Positions 57,173-64,000 of a stretch of DNA of 64,000 nucleotides are shown here, piece after piece. Each line of letters starts with the position of its first letter. The first letter of the stretch is position 1. The notes below the pieces were generated by a model. It made no database searches. It saw nothing but the letters and a program-made list of their open reading frames with translations, and was not told the DNA's origin. Location: positions 3,968,001 through 4,032,000 of the forward strand of contig CBDFKD010000002.1 in the NCBI GenBank assembly GCA_965248695.1. The letters run 5' to 3'. This stretch comes from Acidobacteriota bacterium (GTDB lineage: Bacteria; Acidobacteriota; UBA890; WLXD01). The position numbers and the translations under genes are program-made.

Positions 57173-60100
57173 CGCGGCAGCTCCTCAGTGAGCGCGGAAG
57201 AGGCGGAGTCGTAGTCTCGGCTGCCGGTATCGGGCGCCGAGGTGACCGCAGCTACCGGAGCGTCCCAGAGGTGGCGTGTGAGGCGCCACAACTCGCTGAT
57301 GAACAGCTGCAGGCTCGATGCCTCGGCGGCCTGCTTCACAGTGAAGGTCTGGCCGGCCATCGTCACCGTGCCGGAGCGCTTGCTACCGGTGGCGTTGACA
57401 ACCACCGAGTAGGGAATCGAGGCGTTGCCAGTACCGCTAGACGCGCCGGTCGCAATCACGATCCAAGGGGCGTTGCTCGTCGCCGTCCAGCCACCCGTTG
57501 CGCTCAAGGAGACCACGCCGTCTCCACCGTCGACCGGAAATGAGACCTCCATAGGCAAGATGAAATTCCCCGACGGCGTCAGGTTGACCACCACGGGCGC
57601 CGCGCTCTGGAGCGTTCCGTCGTCCGCTCGTACCGTCAACGTGTAGGTCGGCGTCGTATCGAAGTCGAGGGCCGCAGAGTTGGCCACGGTGACGGCGCCG
57701 TTGCTGTTGCCGATGAAGAATGCACCGAAACCGTTGCCGGCCGTGATCGAGTAGGTCACCCCGCCGTCGCCGTTGTTGGCATCGACGTCGCCCACCGAGG
57801 TGCCGTTGCCGGCGTTCGCGGCGACGCTGAACGGCCCCGTGGCCGTGAATACCGGAGGCTCGTTCACCGGGGTGAGACTGACCACCACGCTGGCGGTGCT
57901 CTGGCTGCCGTCGTCCGCCTGCACCGTCAACGTGAAACTCGGCGTGCTCTCGAAGTCGAGCGCGGCCGAGCTAGCGACGGTGATCGCGCCAGTGCTGGCG
58001 TCGATAGCGAAGGCCCCGGAGCCGTTGCCGGCTGTGATCGAGAAGGTCACGCCCACGTCGTTCGCCCCGCCGTCGCCGTCGTTGGCGTCGATGTCGCCAA
58101 CCGCCGTGCCGCCGCTCGAGTTCTCGGCGATGCTGAACGGCCCGGTGGCGGTGAACACGGGCGGGTTGAAGTTCGTCGGGTCGTCGGCCGGCGTCACGGT
58201 GGGGTCGCTGCCGCCTCCGACGTCCGGGTCATCGGTGCTCAGCGAGGTGAAGTTCGCGCCCGTTACCACGCCCTGCGCCGTTAGCTGCGCGGTGCCGTCG
58301 GGCAAGCTGTTGACCGTTGCATGGATCTTCACGGTTACGCTCTTGCCAGCAGGGATCGTGCCGATCGTCGTGCTCAACGTCAACGGCCTCGGCGCTCGCG
58401 GCGGTGCAGGCCTGAGCGCGGACGACGCCGGCGGGCTGGCCGTGGTCCTGCGGATACCGGGAACGAGTTCCAGTCGACCCCTGATCAGCGGCAATGCTCG
58501 TGCCGGGGTATTCACGAGGGTCTCGAGCGCTGGTCGGGACGCTCTGGAGAGAGCGGCCAGTAGCTCGCGGACGGACCGCGCCGATAGCGGCTCGACGCCG
58601 CGTACCGCCAACGGTGCCCGGGAACGGGGCGCCGACTGCAAAGCAACGTCGCCCGCCGCGGCGGCGTCGACCCCACCGTCGACGAACCAACGCGTCTGGT
58701 CGAACGCCGGAAGGGCGGTGATCACCGGCTGCGTGCAGTTGGAGTTGCCGTTGAACGCCGGCGTACCGGATCCGATGGAGGAGTTGGCTCCGGTGTTGCC
58801 GAGCACGCCCGTAATGTCGCCGGCGGTGACGTTGGCGAAGCCAGCGCCCTCCACCAGCATGGTGCCGTTGTCCTCGCGCAGCAGGACCTCCGCCGTCACC
58901 GTTCCCAGGGCGACGTTGCTGCGCACGTCGACGCACATCGTCGGGGCGGCGGTGACGGTGCGGATCTCGATATCGTCGCTGCCAGCTGTCCGAACGTTGT
59001 TGCCAGTCACCGTCACGTTCATCGTGCTGTTCTCAGTGGCGTCGATCTGCAGCCCCTCGCTGATGATGCCGCCGTCGACGATGTCGTTGTTGGTCACCTC
59101 GACGTTCATCAGGGCGGTGCCCTGCGTCTCGATGGTCACGCCGTCCAGCACGATGATTCCGCCGACCGGCTCGTCGGCGCCGCCCACCACGCCGTCGGGC
59201 CCGGTGCCGACGTCGTTGCCGCTGATGCGCGCCTCGAACAGGCCGGTGCTGTTGCGTGCCGAGACGGTGATCCCGGTCTGGTCGACATCGAAGATGTCGT
59301 TGTCCTGGATGTCGATGTTGAAGCTGGTGGCGGCAGTGCCCTGCGAGACCACCGAGATGCCGCGGTGGCGCATCCCGTTCGGGTCCGACGCCCCTTCCAC
59401 CGGCGCTACCTCGTCGATCAGGTTGTTGAGGATGTCGCAGCTCACGTCGCCGTTGGCGCTGCCGCCGGCGAGCTGCACCTGAATGACGCCGGAGGCGGCC
59501 GTCGTGAGACCGACGTCCTGGAAGGTGTTGCGCAGGCCCCCGGCGCCGCCGATGGTGCAGGTCAGGTTGCCGCCCTCTGTGGCGGCGTGCACCAGCACCC
59601 CGAGGCCATCGGCGATCGCGTCGCGGAACGTGTTGCCGGTGATCGTGGTCGTGATGGTGCCGGTGTCGCCGGGGTCGACGCCGGCGCCGAAGTTCAGGCC
59701 CACGCCGAACAGGTCCTCCACCGTGTTGCCGGTGAAGGTGACGTTCATGCTGCCGCTGTCTTCCTGCTGGAAGTTGAGGAACGAGCTGCCGTTGGTGCTG
59801 GCCTGGTCGCGGAACGTCGAGCCGTCGATGGTCATCGACATCGGGTTGGCGCCGGTATTGACCACCTCCAACCCCTGCATGTTGACGACGTCGACGTTCT
59901 GGATGCGGCTGTTGCTGTCGATGCGGTTGCTCGTGCCGCTGAGGTCGCGTGCCTCCCAGCCGCTGGCCGCCGGCGTGTCGATGTCGACGCCGCGCAACTG
60001 GACATCGCTGCTGCTCTGGCTCTGGATCCCGTGATCGTTCGTGGCCAGGTTCTGACCGCCGCTGCCGGTGTCGCTGGAGTCGCCGACGTTGGTCAGGTTC

Positions 60101-63100
60101 ATCGATTGCAGGATGACGCTGTCGGCGCTGTCGAGCACGATGCCGTCGCCGGTAGTGCTCTGGATCGTGCCGCCGCTGCCGTTGCGCGCCAGGGTGCCGT
60201 CGCCGCTCACCGTGAAGGTGCCGGACGTGCCCGTGGTGTCGAGCACGATGCCGTTGACGGCGCCGTTCACCGAGATGCTGTCGAACGTCACCCCGGTGGC
60301 GCCGATGGTGGTGTCGGCGATGTTGACGCCGGTCCCGGTCGACGTGTCGATGGTGTTGGTCGCACCGGCGCTGACGTTCACGATGCCACCGTTTGTGGCC
60401 GTGAAGGCAGCATTCGTCGTGGTGTCCAGATCGAGGCCGCCGCTGAAGGTGATGGTGGCGTTGCCGCCCACGTCATTGTTGTCGAGGAAAATGCCCTGAC
60501 CGTTGTCGTCGATGGCGCCGCTGAAGGTGATTGCGCCGCCGCCAGAGTTGGTCACCTCGACGGCGCGGCCCCCAACGGTAGTGCCGATTGTGCCCGCGTA
60601 GCTGAAGTTGCCGTCGTGGTTCTGGATGTCGATGCCTTTGTTGGAGGCGTTGCCGATCGAACCGCCGCCGACGGTGACCGTCCCCGCCCCGGTGTCGTCG
60701 AGATTGGTGCCGAGAGCGGCGCTGGTCGTAGTCACGCTGGCGAGGGTGATGCCGGTGCCGCCGATCGTGGTGTCGGTGATGTTGACCGCGGTGCCGTTCG
60801 TCGTGTTGATCGTGTTGTTGGCGCCGGACACGTTCACGGTGCCGCCGCCGGTGGCGTTGAAGCCGACGCCCGATATGGTGTCGATGTCGAGGCCGCCGCC
60901 GGTGAAGTTGATCGTGTGGCCAGTGTTGTTCGTCAGGTCGACGGCGGTGGTCGTCCCGGTACTTACAGCCTTGGTGGTGCCCCCGAACGTGCTACTGCCG
61001 CCGCTGTTGCTGGTGACGACGATCCCGACCCCGCCGTCGTTGCGCGTGATCGTGCTCGCGGTGTCGAAGTCCACCGAGCCGCCGGCGTCCACACCCTGAG
61101 CGCGAATGACCTCGCTGGTCGGGTTGGTGATGTCGACGTTGTTGAAGTCGGCCGTGCCGGTGATCGAGTCGCCGGCGCCGCCGTCGATGAGCACGCCGTC
61201 GCCCGCGGGGGTCGTGACGGTGACGTCATCGAAGGTGAACGTGCCGGTGGAGGCGCCCGAAATCTCGATACCGTCGTCATCGGGTGAGGCAATCGTCGTG
61301 CCGGCAGCGGTGACCGTGACGCTGCCGGCCACGTCGTTGAGCCGGATGCCGGTGCCGGTATTGGCGCCGGCGCCCGAGTCGCTGAGCGTGGTGCCGTCGA
61401 GGCTCACCGTGCCGCCGGTCGTGCCGACTACCTCGAGCAGACGGCCCGCCGTGTTTGTGATGTTGCCGCTGTAGGTGACGTTGGCGTTGCCACCGTCGAC
61501 GTTGAACGCGGTGCCGGCGGAGCCGGTGATGGTGCCGCCGTTGATCGTCACGGTGCCGGCGGTATCCTTGATCGAGACGCCGGTGCCGGCGGCGGTGGCA
61601 CTGCTCACGGTAGCGAACGTCGCCGCGGCCGTGAACGGGTCCAGGTCGAGCGCCGTGCCGTTCGTGGTGTCGACGGTGCTGTTGGCACCGTTGTTGACGG
61701 TCAACGTGAAGTCGGCCGCCACCAGGCCGCCGCCGCTGTTGTCTACCTCCAGGCCGGTTCCGCCGGTGTTGAAGATGTCCAGGTCGGTGAAGGTCAGCGA
61801 GCCCTTGACGGTGTTGAGGTCGATGCCAGGGCCGGTGAGGCGGTTTCCGGCGTTCGTGCCGACGCTGGTGTTTCCCGCCGCCACGGCCTGGATACCGCCG
61901 CCCGGCGTGGCGTCGAACGTCGCCGTCCCGATGTCGATGCCGCGACCGGTCGAGCCGCCCGGCACGCTGTTGCCGGACAGACTCGTGACCGTCAGCGTGC
62001 CGCTGGCCGCCGTGAAGCTTGCGCCCTGCAGGACGATCCCGGATGCCGCCGCGTTCTGCACCGACAGCTCAGCGTTGTCGATGCTGACCTGCACGTCCGC
62101 GGTCCCGGTCGAGCCTACGAAGATGCCGTGTGGTGGGCCGCCCATGGCACCACCGGCGACGGTGACGTCGCTGATCGTCAGCGTTCGCACGCCGGCGCTG
62201 TACGTGGCGTCGATGCCGGCGTTGAAACCCGCGATGTCGAGGCCGCGGATGGTGTTGTCGCCGGCCAAGTTGATGATCTCCACCCCGTCCCCGGTGCTGC
62301 TGCCTATCTTCGGCTTGTTGCCAGCGGCGTGTAACGTGGGTCCGACCACCCCGTTAACGGTGTCGGGCACCGTCAGCGCCACGCCTTCACCGATCAGCCG
62401 CTGGTTGGCCTTCAGCGCAATGCCGGCGTTCTGACCCGTGGTGGTGCCGTCGCCCTCGTCGACGAAGATCGTGTCGCCGGCCCCGGATGCGGTCTCGGCC
62501 TCCATCAGCGTGTCGAACGGATCGGACGATCTGCCGAGGCCGCCGGGCCGCGGCGGAGTTGTCGACGAACCAGATCTCGTTCTTGCGGGTGAGCGTCACG
62601 GTGACGGGTAGTGTGGTGGTGCCATCGAAGAGGTTGTATTGGAAGGTGTCGGTGGCGTTCGCATCGCCGTCGTCAGGCGTGAAGCTGAACTGCCCGTTGG
62701 ACTCCATCGTCACGCTGCCCGTGTTGGTGGTCGGGCAGTCGGTGAACGGCGCGGTGACGTCGACGCAACCGACGATGCCCGACACCGAGATCGCCCCCTC
62801 GGGGTCGGTGTCGTTGTCGAGCACACCGTTGGTGGAGCCCGTGGCCACGATGATCTCGGGGGCGCCCGTGGTCGCCTTGTCGACCAGCAGCAGCGTGTTG
62901 CCGACGAAGTCGAAGGCGTCGGCCGTGCCCATCGGCGCTTCGTTGACGTTGGTCACCTGCACCGCGATATCCTGCACCCCGGTCAGGGCGCCGCTGTCGG
63001 TGACGGTCACCTGCACGTCGTAGATGTTGTTCATGCCGTTGTCGACGGGCGCCTCGAAGTTCGGGGCAGCGTTGAAGGTGAGCACGCCGGTGTTCACATT

Positions 63101-64000
63101 GAGGCCGAACAACGCCTGGTCGAGGCCGCCTGTCTTGGAGTACGTCAGCCCGCCGCCACCCTCGGTCTCGCCCTCCGGGTCGGTCGATTGGACGTCGACC
63201 GCGCCGGTCTGGTTCTCGGCCACCATCGGGGTAGCCGAGCTGCTGATGGTCGGCGGCTCGTCGACGCCGGTTACCGTCACCTGCAGGTCTTGCACGTCGG
63301 TCAGGGCGCCGGAGTCGGTGACCGTCACTTGCACCTCGTAGATGTTGTTGCCGCCCGCATCCCCGGGGACGTCGAAATCGGGTGCGGCGGCGAACGTCAG
63401 CACCCCGGTATTGGCGTTGATCGCGAACTTCGCCTGGTCGGCGCCGCCGGTAAGCGAATAGGTCAGACCTGCGCCTTCGGCCTCGCCATCCGGATCGGTC
63501 GATTGCACGTCGACGACACCGGTCGTGTTCTCGGCGGTGTTGGCGGCGGCTGCGCTCGTGATGCTCGGGGCGGTGTTGGCTGAAGCGACCGTCACGCGAA
63601 CGGTCCCGGGTTCATTAGAATCGTCGCCCTTGGCGTCGGTTGCCTTGAAGCTGAACTCTGCGACGCCGTCGAAGCCGGCGGCCGGGGTGAACGTCAGGTT
63701 CGGGGCGGTGCCGGTCAACGTACCCTCGGCGGCCGGTGGCGGGGTCACGACCATGAAGGTCAGAGTTGAGGTCTCCCCGGGATCGAGATCGATGCCGGTG
63801 AGCGTAATCGCCTTCGCCGTATTCTCGGGCGTCTCCCTTGCCTGGTCGTTCGCGATAGGGGTGATGTTGACCATGGCCGCGGTCGTGTTCGGGTCCTCGG
63901 TGAAATCGAGCATCACGTCGGCGGCGTCAGAGGTTCCGCCGACGTTACTGATGGTGACGTCATACTGGATCACGTCGCCGACGTCCGCCTTGTTGTCGGC
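57169..64000 (-). CDS. Giant (>2270 aa) surface/adhesin-like protein with DUF11-like, Ig/cadherin, beta-helix repeat, cadherin and BACON-like domains; 5' end outside the window; +1 frameshift at ~62545
   Basis: Open to the edge (ADNKADVGDVIQYDVTISN). Cadherin repeats (AENT...DPDGE...LTYS...AAPDFD; LDFE), a long G/T/N/D-rich beta-strand region, and BACON-like WTATSNAPWI...SGTGN...R.GTVTMAGQTFTV.Q. The two ORFs join as WFVDNSAAAGGLGRSSDPFDTLMEAE. Confidence 0.85.

Noticed and set aside
57580-63560. Direct repeats within the giant gene as a CRISPR or mobile repeat
   Set aside because: They are degenerate, in-frame cadherin and beta-strand coding repeats without spacer structure.
1-64000. rRNA, tRNA, CRISPR, transposase, integrase, phage or defence genes
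   Set aside because: None were recognised by eye. Short ncRNAs could have been missed without covariance-model searches.

Overview
A gene-dense, high-GC (roughly two-thirds G+C by eye) bacterial window with about 44 genes. I saw no rRNA, tRNA, CRISPR array or mobile element. It is dominated by exported or periplasmic hydrolases (M24, M20, M28, S9, amidase, GGT, SGNH, BNR/VPS10), beta-propellers (YVTN, Kelch, PD40, two PQQ-like), five Tat-signal enzymes and solute transporters. A giant cadherin/beta-helix surface protein runs off the right edge. By inference, this gene content resembles an Acidobacteriota-type metagenome bin. The most unusual block is the minus-strand run 8641->5181: a DEGS1/DES1-like sphingolipid delta-4 desaturase, then an orphan RnfD/NqrB-like membrane protein with Sel1-like Cys repeats, translationally coupled to a non-canonical FGE-fold lipoprotein. 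Other oddities are a Tat-exported alpha-hydroxy acid oxidase with a CxxCH motif, a signal-peptide-bearing methyltransferase fusion, a DUF1028-TPR-cyclophilin fusion and a tandem diheme cytochrome. At least five genes are frameshifted. Three of the shifts are +1 insertions in the same context (CGGCCG read as CGGGCCG/CGGCCCG), which suggests motif-linked, possibly methylation-linked, sequencing error rather than true pseudogenes. All family calls come from motif recognition by eye, not from database searches.
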